Shown: piece after piece, positions 12,284-23,649 of the stretch | How positions within the stretch are numbered: the stretch's first letter is position 1 | Layout of the letters: each line of letters starts with the position of its first letter | Origin: Octopus bimaculoides | Taxonomy: Eukaryota | Direction: 5' to 3' | Length of the DNA stretch: 47,211 nt | Assembly: GCF_001194135.2 (NCBI RefSeq) | Contig: NC_068994.1 | Coordinates: 12,077,075 to 12,124,285, forward strand | The notes under the pieces: generated by a model | What the model was told of the DNA's origin: nothing | Databases searched by the model: none | The model's input: the letters and a program-made list of their open reading frames with translations, nothing else | Program-made: the position numbers and the translations under genes

Positions 12284-12634
12284 CGATGCCAGTGACACCT
12301 GGCTGGCTCCAGTGCTGGTAGCACGTAAAAAGCACCATGTGAACGTGGTCGATACCAGTGCCCCTGACTGGCTCCCGTGCTGGTGACACGTAAAAAGCAC
12401 CATCTGAACGTGGTTGATGCCAGTGCCCCCTGGCTGGCTGGCTTCCATGCCGGTGGCACATAAAAGGCACCCACTGCACTCTCGGAATGGTTGGCATTAG
12501 GAAAGGCATCAAGCTGTAGAAGCCTTGCCAAATCAGATTGGAGCCTGGTGCAGCCTACTGGCTTGCCAATCTTCAGTCAAACTATCCAACCCATGCCAGC
12601 ATGGAAAGCAGACGTTAAATGATGATGACGATGA
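12284..12634 (+). mobile_element. RTE LINE 3' UTR fragment with 3 array units
   Basis: Same 3' terminus as 8785-9520. Confidence 0.85.
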
Positions 12635-12914
12635 ATATTTTGATGAATTTTATAAAGCCTGTTTCACCCTTCCTCTACAAATGTGTTGGCTTGTTCAACA
12701 TAAGAAGGGTTAGTTCTTATGTTTTGTTGGCGTTGTTGTAAAGAGAAGTCAGTGGTAAGTTAGTAACGTTTGTAAAGTAACTGATAAAAGACTTTTTCCC
12801 TGTACTTAATTAGTTTCGTTATTGTAACCTATTTCTGTTCTCAGCACAGATATATTCTCAGAGATTTATAATGGAATGCTGTCGGTTTAGTTGTTGTATT
12901 ATGTCTATAGGTTC

Positions 12915-13300
12915 AAGCATGGCTGTGTGGTGAAAAAGCTCACTTTGCAAATCATATGGTTTCCAGTTCAATCTCGCTGCATGGCACCTTGGGCAAGTGT
13001 CTTTTACTGTAGCTCTGAGCCAACCAATGTCTTGCGAGCGAATTTGGTAGATAGAAAAGGTGTGGAACCCCTTTGTGTGTGTGTGTGTGTGTGTGCTTGC
13101 CATTCCCTGCTTGATAACCAGTGTTATTTTGTTTACATCCCCATAACCTAATGGTTCAGGAAAAGAGGCTGATAGATTAAGTATTAGACTTAAAAGAAGC
13201 AAATACAGGGGTTGATTTGTTTGACTAAAACCTTTCAGGGCAGTGCCCCAGCATGGCTGCTGTCCAATGATGGGGGAAAAAAAGTAAAATATAAAGATAA
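12915..13300 (+). mobile_element. SINE family A, diverged
   Basis: Head, central motif, (TG)n and tail are all recognisable. Confidence 0.8.
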
Positions 13301-13584
13301 AAGCATTATAAGTTATAATTTAAGGTGGACAAAAATATCAACAACCCCATGTAATTATATTAACCCTTTAGCTGCTTGATTAATTTCCATCGTTACTCCA
13401 GTAATTATGTTAAATATCTGCTAGATAATAGAATTGGTATTTTCTGCAAAATCATGTTGCCTTAAATGTACTTGACATATCTCAACAAAGAATAGTTTCA
13501 AACATGACATTCCCCTCTAAAAGATAGATTGGTATATAAAACTGCTTTCCACATTTAAAGGTAATAAATTTTAAGTGGATATAT

Positions 13585-13690
13585 AGGAGTGGCTGTGTGG
13601 TAAGTAGCTTGCTTACCAACCACATGGTTCCAGGTTCAGTCCCACTGCGTGTCAGCTTGGGCCAGTGTCTTCTACTATAGCCTCGGTCCG

Positions 13691-13730
<40 letters not shown>

Positions 13731-13930
13731 CTGTGTTTGTTCCCCCACCATCGCTTGACAACCGGTGGTGGTGTGTTTACGTCCTCGTAACTTAGTGGTT
13801 CGGCAAAAAGAGACCGATAGAATAAGTACTAGGCTTACAAAAGAATAAGTCCTGGGGTCGATTTTCTCGACTAAAGGCGGTGCTCCAGCATGGCCACAGT
13901 CAAATGATTCAAACAAGTAAAAGAGTAAAA
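13585..13930 (+). mobile_element. SINE family A with internal deletion
   Basis: Lacks the accaaagccttgtgagtgg...gaagcccgtc block present in other copies. Confidence 0.88.
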
Positions 13931-14372
13931 GGGGTTAATAAAATGAGAATTGGTTTACAAGGATTTAAAATGTTCACTCTTTTATAGGGTTATATACACA
14001 GGGGCCATCACTGTTCTTTGGAGATTAAAATACAGGTTTTGCTTTAGCAAAAGTTAAGAAAATGTATTGACTGTATTACTTTTTTTTTTCTTTGTTTTGA
14101 TCATTTAAGATCCTCCTACCCTCTGTTCTTTCTCTTTCTTGTCTTTCTCACACCAATTCTTTCCCACAAGTATTAAATTTTTCATTTTGGCTGTGTTACT
14201 TGGTAAAGTGAAGTTAGTATAATATACCAAGCTCAACTGCACTGTTTATATGGTTTCATCATACACTACAAACTACTACTACTACTACTATAATGACAAT
14301 AGAGCCTCTGTGATTGCTTGACTTACTAGAAGTAGTAGCCAAATCCACTCCCATTGCACCTTAGTGGCTTAA

Positions 14373-14592
14373 CCCTTTAACATATAGATTACTCTGTCAA
14401 ATGTAATGCTTATTTATTCACATTGTTTTGAATTAATCATGCATTATCTCATACCTTTGAGATTTCAGTCATGTGATTGCTTATTTTTCGATTGACATTG
14501 TAGGGTAGGTGTGAGAAGCCGGATCTGGCCACTTCTAACATAAAACGATTAGAATGTTTTGGCTGGATATGGCTGGTTTAAATGCTAAAGGG
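14373..14592. mobile_element. piggyBac-like MITE with TTAA TSD
   Basis: ttaa|ccctttaacat ... aatgctaaaggg|ttaa. Second diverged copy at about 17885-18140. Confidence 0.8.
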
Positions 14593-14789
14593 TTAACAAA
14601 AGAACACTGTGGATAATGTAGTTTGAAGTATGCCAGTATCTACAAAAAGTCAGGGTGGCCACTGCTGGAATTACCTTTCAATCATAATCTGCTTACTCAG
14701 TCAGAGGCTAAACAGCTGCTTTGCCATGTTGTTACACTGGACAGTGTTTGTTATACAAAAGTTCTATAATTGCAGAAGAATTCGTTACT

Positions 14790-14862
14790 GGGTAGTTTAG
14801 CTTAATGGTAAAGCACTTGACGCATAATCACAGGGATGTGAGTTTGAGTCTCATTGCTGGCC
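14790..14862 (+). pseudogene. tRNA-Met(CAT)-like pseudogene or SINE head
   Basis: TAGCTTAATGGTAAAGC D-arm/A box, CGCATAA anticodon loop, GTGAG-TTTGAGT-CTCAT T-arm. Anticodon and acceptor stems are imperfect. Confidence 0.55.
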
Positions 14863-16679
14863 GGTAACATATTTTTCTGCAATGTATGGATAATTTATCT
14901 TGTTCACGCTATTTTATTAGCATTATTACGTGTTTGAGAATATAAAATTTATTTCTGTATCTTTCAATACATCTCAGCACTTCTAAAAACAGACTTTGTT
15001 TACTTTCATTGTAAGTTGAATTTAACGTTAGCGTCTTATGAAGCTAAATTTATAAGTTCTATAATTGCAGAAGAATTTGTTACTGGGCAGTTTAGCTTAA
15101 TGGTAAAGCACTTGATGCCTAATCACCTCATGATTGTAAATGAGCATCACTGACATACAAGTGATTTAATAGTTGTGTGTCTTCCATGGTGAAATATTAC
15201 CTTGCTTAGAAACAAGGGAGGGTTGGCAACAGGAAAGGCCTCCAGCTGTAGAAAATCTGCCACAATAAATTGCATCCGACCTGTGCAAGCTGGAAAAGTG
15301 GACTTTAAAACAAATGATGATAAAACTGATGTGTATGTCTTTGATTTTGTCCCCCAACCACTGCTTGACAACCACTGTTGGTTTGTTTACATCCCTGTAA
15401 CTTAGCAGTTTGGAATGTGAGACCAATAGATTAGGTACCAGCCTTGCTGGACTAAAACCCTTCAACATAGTGCCCCAGCATGGCCTCAGTCTGATGACAC
15501 AAATAGCAGATATTAAGAAACAAAGGAAAACAGAAGTTAGAAGATTTACTTGATTGAATTCCATGGTTGGCTGCCTGCCCAACGTTCCAAACAAGCATAA
15601 CCTTGAAATTGCTGAACATTGTTTTATATCTAGTCTATAAGTCTGTCACAGCCTGATTGTATTGTGTAACTGTTTGTATAAGTAATGAGCTAATGAAGGC
15701 AGATCTACATAGTTGTTGTGCTTCCTAAAAATAGCAGCCAATTCTTCTTAATGTTGCACCCTACTGTTTTAACCTTTTGTCTCTTCAAAACATTTTCATA
15801 AGTTTGTCCTAAATGTCCACACTTGTTTTCAGACTTCTAGTTAGCAGTTTGGCCTAAGAGATTGATAGAATGAATACCAGGCTTAAAAATAAATAGTGCA
15901 GTTGATTTGTTTGACAAAACTCTTCAAAGTGGTGTTCCAGCATGGCCGCAGTCCATTGACCGAAACAAGTAAAAGATAAAAGGCTGTTGATAAATTATTG
16001 GCTAGTAGTCTGCAGATTGCTTTTGTGATTTCTTTGAAGAATCTTTCAGCAAGAAGTATTATTAAATGGATAATGAGATAGCACAAATATTTTGAGTGCT
16101 AGACTAAATGCTTTCTCAGTCTTTTCTTTTATTTTTCACTTGTTTCAGTCATTGGACAGCGGCCATGCTGGGGCACTGCTTTGAAAGGTTTTGGTTGGAA
16201 CAAATTGATACCAGGACTTCATTTTTAAGTCTGGTATTTATTCTATTGTCTTAGTTCAGTAAAAGAAATTGGTTGAATAGGCACTAGACTTTAAGGGGGA
16301 GGGGAGAAAGTACTGGGGACAATTTGTTTGACTAAACCTTTCAAAATGGTGCCCCAGCATGGATGCTGTCCAGTGACTTACACACATGAAATGTAAAGAA
16401 GAAAGGATAAAAGATAACATTTGATAAGCAGAATTTTTGGATAGATAAAGAATTTTAACCTTACTGTGACAAGCAAAGTGGTCATCACCTCATTTTTATC
16501 TCTCTGGGCAGAAAAACGTGGAATAGTGCTGACTATTTACTCGTGTTTTTAGATCTGTCTCCAAGAATGAATGGAGAGACAGTGGCATATTGCTATTTGT
16601 TGTCTAAACTAGGACATGGTCAAACTGTTCTAATTTGCATTGCAGTTACTACATTGCAGAGACTGTCCTGTCACATATT

Positions 16680-17625
16680 TAATCGAGATCATATATCCCC
16701 TCATTATTGAAAACATCATTTCCATCGATCTGGCAACTTGTAGATTGCTCAGGCATTAAATTCTTCAGGTTTTGAAGCAAAGAAACATTCCGTATTATTT
16801 TTAACCTTCTCACAATGAATTAACTATTTTTCCCTCTAAGTAATGTTGCAATGATCTGAAAAGATGAGAGTCAGATAGAATGAGGTCAAGAGAGCAAACA
16901 GGATGAGGCAAAACTTACATATTTAGTGCCACAATCTTTTCCTCATTGACTCGGGCAATACGTGGTTTTGCATTATCGTGCAAGAGCAATATCCTTTTAT
17001 GATGAGTACTTTTTCTGCAAATTTTTGAGCATACTTATGTTTGATGACCAAACTTCTCTACATTTACTATCTCATTTTGGTTTAACACTTCATGATAGAC
17101 ATAACCTTTCATATCCCGCCAAACATAGAGCGTAACTTTCTTTGGGTGCTGTCCTGGTTTGGAGATGAATTCTTTATCATTGTCTGCTAACCGTTGTTGT
17201 TTTTCAGTTCTATATTTAAGAGATGAGGAATTACGTACATTATTTACATTTGATGGATATTTGTCCTCATCTTGTTTGTTGTTAACACAATGTTTTGGCT
17301 GATATACCCCCCAGCCTTCATCAGGTGTCTTGGGGAAATTTCGAACCTGGGTTCTCATTCCTAAGGTATTTTTCGATGTTGTTATTATTCAGGTCACTGC
17401 CTGGAATCAAACACGGAATCTTGGGGTTAGTAGCCTACGCGCTTAACCATTACACCATATGCCCATGGGTATTGTTGTTTTTGTTGGAGGTTATTGTAAA
17501 GAATCCTCTTTTTGTTGCTTGTGATGGAAAGTTTCAGTAGGAAGTCTACTCTTCAATGATGAGCAGAGGACAGCTCTTTGATTAAACTGAGGGACCTACT
17601 GTGTAGACACTTTTCCTATTTCATG
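16680..17625 (-). mobile_element. Decayed mariner transposase, C-terminal two thirds, interrupted by a SINE
   Basis: Fragments KPGQHPKKVTLYVWRDMKG, ILLLHDNAKP, LPHPVCSLDLILSDSHLFRSLQHYL, FFASKPEEF, KLPDRWK; stops and frameshifts present. Confidence 0.88.
17205..17471 (-). mobile_element. tRNA-headed SINE with 11-bp TSD, inserted in a mariner; carries a hammerhead-like motif
   Basis: Minus-strand head gggcatatggtgtaatggttaagcgcg...gtttgattcc. TSD ttgttgttttt at 17194-17204 and 17472-17482. Confidence 0.82.
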
Positions 17626-17629
17626 AAGG

Positions 17630-17719
17630 TTGGAGCCTGGTGCAGCCTTCTGACTTGCCAGTCCTCAGTCAAATCGTCCAACCCATGCTAGCATGGAAAG
17701 CAGATGTTAAACGATGATG
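17630..17719 (+). mobile_element. RTE LINE extreme 3' fragment
   Basis: tggagcctggtgcagcc...ccaacccatgctagcatggaaagcagatgttaaacgatgatg. Confidence 0.8.
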
Positions 17720-17884
17720 TTTTATGATCTAAGTGTGACTTGAACTGTTTTTGCTAATTCACATTCAGTTTGTTTTGGTTTCTCCTCAACTACAGTTTTC
17801 AGAAGCTTAATATTGATAGAACCTGGTTACCCAGATTGAGGGGAATTGGCAAGAGAAAAATTTCCCAAAGTTTAACTGGCCAAA

Positions 17885-18140
17885 TAACCATTAGCATTTT
17901 CAGACTCTTAAACCTAATTTAGCACTTAGATTATTCTGCCAAATGTAATGCTTATGTATTCAGATTATTTTGAATTAAACATACTTTATCTTGAAGCTTT
18001 GAAATTTCAATGATATGGTCACATAGTTTTAGAATGATATTGTAGAGTTAGATATGATAGGACAGATCTGGCTAGTTTGAATGTCAAACAAGTAGAATGT
18101 TTGGGCTGGATATGGCTGGTTTTAAATGCTAAAGGGTTAA
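17885..18140. mobile_element. piggyBac-like MITE, second copy
   Basis: Internal similarity to 14373-14592; right end aatgctaaaggg|ttaa. Confidence 0.72.
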
Positions 18141-18259
18141 AGATTCATTTCCATAGATTGAACAAAGATTTCTTGCTGCTTCCATTGCCGGAAAACAATA
18201 TTAGAATGTAAAATTCAATGCTTAATTTATTGTAAGTATTGAAAATGTACCATCTAAAT

Positions 18260-18514
18260 CGGTGATTCCCACATAGGGCATCTGCCTGGAAAAATTGAGT
18301 TGGGGTGTGGTGCTATAGTCGCCAGGCACAAGGTCCTCATTAAAGCGAATCACTATTTTTTTTTGTACTCAGTACTTAAAAAAGTTACTGGTAGATTCTT
18401 TTGTATTAAATAATAACGATAAAATATCAAGAATATTTTCCAACTACTGATAGGGCGTACATTTTCTGGAAAGTTATAGTGTGGCCTGGGGGGAAAATAG
18501 GTTGGAAAACACTA
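18260..18514. mobile_element. Old hAT/Charlie-like MITE
   Basis: Ends cggtgattccca / ggttggaaaacacta; degenerate 8-bp flanks atctaaat / gtttaaat (6/8). Confidence 0.5.
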
Positions 18515-18741
18515 GTTTAAATGATCATGTAAAAAATACAACAGGGCTTATTTTCCAACTTAATGCATGCACTGTTATGTGTGAATGTAAATGGTGATGT
18601 AACCACTTTTCACCACAAGGCTAAAATTGTGTTTATTTAAAAGATGTGCCTTACACCAGCAGCTCTCAAAGTGGGAAGAAATAGTATCTCTGTTTCAAAT
18701 ATCAGTGAAATTTTTGGGTATATCCGTCTTTATCAAGTGTG

Positions 18742-18975
18742 GAGGCATGTGACTAAGTGGTTAAGATGTTGGACTCATGATTGTAAGATTGTGGCTTCAA
18801 TTCCTGGACCGGGCAACACATTACGTTCTTGAGCAAAACACTTCATTTCATGTTGCTCCAGTCCACTCAGCTGGTAAAAATGAGTAATCCTGTGACGGAC
18901 TTGCGTCCTGTCCAGGTGGGGAATACATACGCCTTGAAAGCAGAAAACCAGCCCTTGTGAGTCAGTATGATACAA
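18742..18975 (+). mobile_element. SINE family D
   Basis: gtggttaagatgttggactcatga...ttcaattcctggacc...gttcttgagcaaaacacttc; sister copies at 6690 and 43193. Confidence 0.75.
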
Positions 18976-19773
18976 GAAGGTAACCTTACCTTACCTTGTT
19001 TATGAGATAGACATGATACAATTTGCATCCGAATTTTCCCTTTTGCCATGGTGTTGCTCTTGTTAAAAAATGTTCATGGCTATCCTAATTTTATAAAATG
19101 TGGCAATTTGTTTCTGCCCCTTTTCATTCTCCACATTCCCCTCTGATGTGTGGTCGGGAAGGGGATTCATTTTTCCAGTGCGAAACAATACTTTACCTTA
19201 CAGTATATACAATAACATTGATTGTCTGTCTGAAGCTGAACAAACATTCATTGAAATTAGATGTAAACTAGGACATTATGACACCAACAACATCAGTGAA
19301 AACATGCTTTACTATAATCACCACTACACCCACAGCTCACATGCATTCTCACTCACATCCATATGAATATAAATATAGAAGCTGTAAATTAGAAGACAGG
19401 CCGGCAGACGTTGTGTAGAGAGGACATGTCATTGATTATGTTGCGAATAGCAATGAAATGGCTTTGACAAACCTAGCTGATTGTTTGATTGACTGGACAA
19501 TTAATCAAACAATCAATTAGTTATGTGTTAATGAATTGATGAATGATAATCTTTTCTTATTTTGGCACAAGGTTATCAATTTTTGAAAGGTGGGGCTTGT
19601 CAATTACATTGACCACAGTACTCAACTAGTTCTTATTTTATTCAACCCTGGAAGGTTGAAAGGCAAAGTCAACCAAAGCAACATTTGAACTCAGAATGTA
19701 AAGACAGAAGAAATGCCGCCGAGCATTTCGTCTGGTGGAGTACCGATTCTGCCAGCTTGCTGCCTTACAATGA

Positions 19774-20180
19774 CTCTCTCTCTTTTACTTGTTTCAGTCA
19801 TTTGACTGCGGCCATGCTGGAGCACCGCCTTTAGTCGAGCAAATCAACCCCAGGACCTATTCTTTGGAAGCCTAGTACTTATTCTATCGGTCTCTTTTGC
19901 TAAACCGCTAATTTACGGGGACATAAACACACCAGCATTGGTTGTCAAGCGATGGTGGGGGGACAAACACAGACACACAAACATACACACACATATATAT
20001 ACATATACATATATATACGATGGGCTTCTTTCAGTTTCCGTCTACCAAATCCACTCACACGGTTTTGGTCGGCCCGAGGCTATAGTAGAAGACACTTGCC
20101 CAAGGTGCCACGCAGTGGGAATGAACCCAGAACCATGTGGTTGGTAAGCAAGCTACTTACCACACAGCTACTCCTGCGCC
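19774..20180 (-). mobile_element. SINE family A, full length
   Basis: Consensus match end to end. Confidence 0.9.
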
Positions 20181-20285
20181 TGACTAATAATAATAATAAT
20201 TATAATAATAAACTGAACCAGTGTGTGTAATGACCCTCCCAAGATGCCCCAAATCATTGTGCAGTGGTTATCATGGAATTAGCCA

Positions 20286-20542
20286 TGTTGTTAGGACATC
20301 AACTGTAGTAACAATAAAATATGTAATGAAGCAGGGTAACAACAATGTAACAATCCAACAAACTCTCCATGAACTATACACGAACCAACAAATGATACTC
20401 CGACAAACTACCAAAATGACACCTTGTGACTTCCTGCGATTAACGGCTACTCTCCCTCTGTCTCTCGCTCAGACTGCTACTATTTATAGTCATTCAGTCA
20501 AGTCTATTCTTGCAGGGGGGTGTCATGACACATACCACAACA
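20286..20542 (-). repeat. 3' LTR (257 bp, TGTTGT...ACAACA)
   Basis: Begins with TG directly after the PPT; 6-bp terminal inverted repeat. No matching 5' LTR found. Confidence 0.75.
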
Positions 20543-21964
20543 TCTCCCCTTTTGAGATTTTGACTTATGTAGGAAACAAAATTTATTTTATTATTGTTAT
20601 TTTTTCCCTCTTTCTTTCCAACACCTCTCCATTTTTGAAATTTTGCTTCCCTAGGAAGTTCAGTACCTTTTCTGTTAAGGAATTATTTCTAAATGTTCAC
20701 TCTGTTTTCTGTTACTGTTCCTGCTAGGCTCAATCTCTTTCAATGCTGGCACATCAAACATGTTGTAAAACAATTCCATTGGAATTTTCTTCCTTTCTTC
20801 TGTATGTCTGATTTTTGATTGATTTAAATGTTGTTTATGCCCCCATTGTTGGCCTTTTATTAAATACATCATGTTTCCAATTCTTTTTACACCATCCTGC
20901 CAACTCTCTTTGCCATTCTTGTATACTTTGAAATGGACTTTGTCTCTGACATTAAGATGTTTAGTTGAATTTTTTGCATTTTCTCTATATGTTTTTCATT
21001 TTGGCAACAATATGTCAAAGACTGATTTAATCTTTCAAGTGAACATCAGCTCTGTACTTTTTTACAGTACAGACTTATGGGGAGGCCACCATAAGTCAAC
21101 CAACACCATCCAGTCTGTACCAATTAGATAGGTTGCATTTTTGTAACATAAAAACTTTTACTCTACAGGTTTTACTATGAAATGTAAAATCACTCCACAT
21201 TTTGCCTATGAAGTGTAGTTTTTCACCTGTCACACCTCAAGCAATTTTTGATGTTTTTTTCTTTATGTAGATTTCCCAATTCTTTACCACATGTCAGTAT
21301 CAATAATCGAAATGTCACTACCAGTATCTATTTGTAATTTAATATTCACTTTGTTTACTTTTACATGTACAAATTTCCTCTTCGTGGTGTTGTTTCTACT
21401 TTCTGTTAAGAAAACTTTAGAATTTTTTATGTTCGACCTTCTTAACTTTGCTCTGCAATGTGAGCGCTTGTGTCCTATTTTTTGGCAGCTGTAATATTTT
21501 TGTGTTTTGAAAGAACAATCCTTCTTCAAATGTAGGGCTCCACATCTGTAGCATGGGTTTGGTCTCAACATTATTTTTTTGCTTATGCCTTTCTGGTCAG
21601 CATGCTTGTACTTGTGAGAACTCTTTCTCTTCAATTTTTTTTACATCTTGTTGCAAGTTTACCATTCTTTGACACTCCGCTGCAACTGTTTGCAGGGTTA
21701 AACTTTTGTCCGCCTGTTCAAGTTTTGTGAGGATTCTTGCATGTATCTCTGCATCTTTGTTTTGCCGTAAGCCCTTATACAAAAATTAGGCACTTAAACA
21801 TATCAGGAGTTAGTTCCTTCAGTTTAAACCCTTTACACGTTTGGTTTATGGTTCCAGCATACGTGACAAAGTCTTCATCCTCTCTTTTAACTAGATTCCA
21901 ACACTTCCATTGAGTGTTAAATAGGAAACTCTTATTACTGAATATTTTTAATAGTAGTTTCACT

Positions 21965-22197
21965 AAATCAATGATGATTATAAAAACTGTTTATAGTAAC
22001 TTATTCCACGAAATGGTTTGTTAATCATTAGCACCCACTACACTCTGGGAGTGGTTGGCATTAGGAAGGGCATCCAGCTGTAGAAACACTGTCAGATCAG
22101 ATTGGAGCCTGGTGCAGCCTCCTGGCTTCCCAGACCCCCAGTCAAACCGTCCAACCCATGCCAGCATGGAAAATGGACGCTAAACGATGATGATGAT
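21965..22197 (+). mobile_element. RTE LINE 3' fragment inserted in LTR gag
   Basis: RTE tail at 22032-22197; the gag reading frame (QETV|KLL) rejoins across it. Confidence 0.8.
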
Positions 22198-22546
22198 GAC
22201 TGTTTCTTGGAAACAAATTTCGCTAGATTTTTTGGGTAGTTATGAAATTACAATAGTTTTCATGCTCTGCTGGCACTAATTTACATAATAATAATCTTAC
22301 TCCACGACTTGCAATCTTCCCTGAAGATTTCTTCATACCTTCTAAAGTACACTGCAGACGTTATACCCTCCTCTGGGTCATAGCTGAATTTTGTTGTAGA
22401 GTTTGATGCGCTGTCTGGTGAAAACAAACTTAGTGTTTTCACACATCCTCATTTTTTCCAGTAACTGTTGTTCGACTCTTGGGTACTGATGTAACCATAT
22501 TGCTTATTTTTCATAGTAAAGGTGAATATATATATATGTGTGTGTG

Positions 22547-22898
22547 CCCAGCATCGCCTTTCTGGCACTTGTGCCCGTGACATATGTAAGGATTTTCGAG
22601 CGAGATCGTTGCCAGTGCCCCTGGACTGGCTCTTGTGCGGGTGGCACATAAAATACACCATTTTGAGCGTGGCCGTTGCCAGTACAGGCCTGACTGGCCT
22701 TCGTGCGGGTGACACGTAAAAGCACCCACTACACTCTCAGAGTGGTTGGCGTTAGGAAGGGCATCCAGCTGTAGAAACTCTGCCAAATCAGATTGGAGCC
22801 TGGTGTTGCCATCTGGTTTCACCAGTCCTCAGTCAAATCGTCCAACCCATGCTAGCATGGAAAGCAGATGTTAAACGACAACAACGATGACGATGATA
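22547..22898 (+). mobile_element. RTE LINE 3' UTR fragment with array units
   Basis: Same tail; about 64-bp units. Confidence 0.85.
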
Positions 22899-23649
22899 CT
22901 TTAATTAAAGCAGTAAAATTTTCACAAAAATGTTGCTCAGATTTTAATGTTCCCATTCGTCAGACAGCTGTAATGAATACAGTATTGATCACAACTGTCC
23001 GACGAACTGGAATGTGAAACTCTGAAGAACAGTTTTATGAAAATTTTGCTGCTTTAGTAAAAGCTATGCTTGCAGTAAACAGTCTGTTAAAGAACATTAA
23101 TGGATGTTTTTTTTGTTTTTTTTATTGGATGATTGCTAGGGCTGAGATTTTTGTCTTTCTGTATGGGATCATTTAATTATTCTATTGTATTATTATTATC
23201 ATTATTGTTGTTATTTCCAGTGATATCAAATTCCATTTGCATTGATGCGGAGGTAATCCACGACTGACTGAATGAACAGTAATCTAATGATGCTGTGTGA
23301 TCTAGTGTCAGCTTGTTGAAAACTACTTGCATGAAGTCAGCTGACAGGCTTGCTGCCTCACCGAGTTTTATTTATTATTGTAAGTACCATCCTTTAATAC
23401 TAAATATATATGTATATATATAGAAAATTAATGTAGACAGCAGTTTGCAATGTTTCACCAAAAAGGAACGCTATAATCATCACTAAATGTGACTAGAGTG
23501 TTAGAAACACCTACATTGCTAGAAATAAGAGCTAAAATGTTCTAATTCTGTTGTCAAAGCACATAATTGTATACATATATACTGACACAGAGACTGTAAT
23601 TGTCTGAAAACACCATTTGAGAATTCCTTATACTAACAGTCAGTTTTGG

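Larger units (their letters stand above)
20286..22520 (-). mobile_element. Gypsy-type (K02A2.6-like) LTR retrotransposon remnant: gag, protease, integrase tail, PPT, 3' LTR
   Basis: FSYDPEEGIT..YFRRYEEIF (gag N-terminus); CYRCGALHLKKDC and YSCQKIGHKRSHC zinc knuckles; LQIDTGSDISII protease; KRIGNMMYLIK..HLNQ integrase tail; PPT aaaaggggaga (20543-20553). Confidence 0.88.

Noticed and set aside
22925-22945. Possible PBS and 5' LTR boundary (caaaaa-tgttg)
   Set aside because: Adjacent sequence does not match the 3' LTR and the PBS match is poor.
23296-23348. C/D-box snoRNA (atgatg...ctga)
   Set aside because: Box C is imperfect, and there is no terminal stem or recognisable guide sequence.
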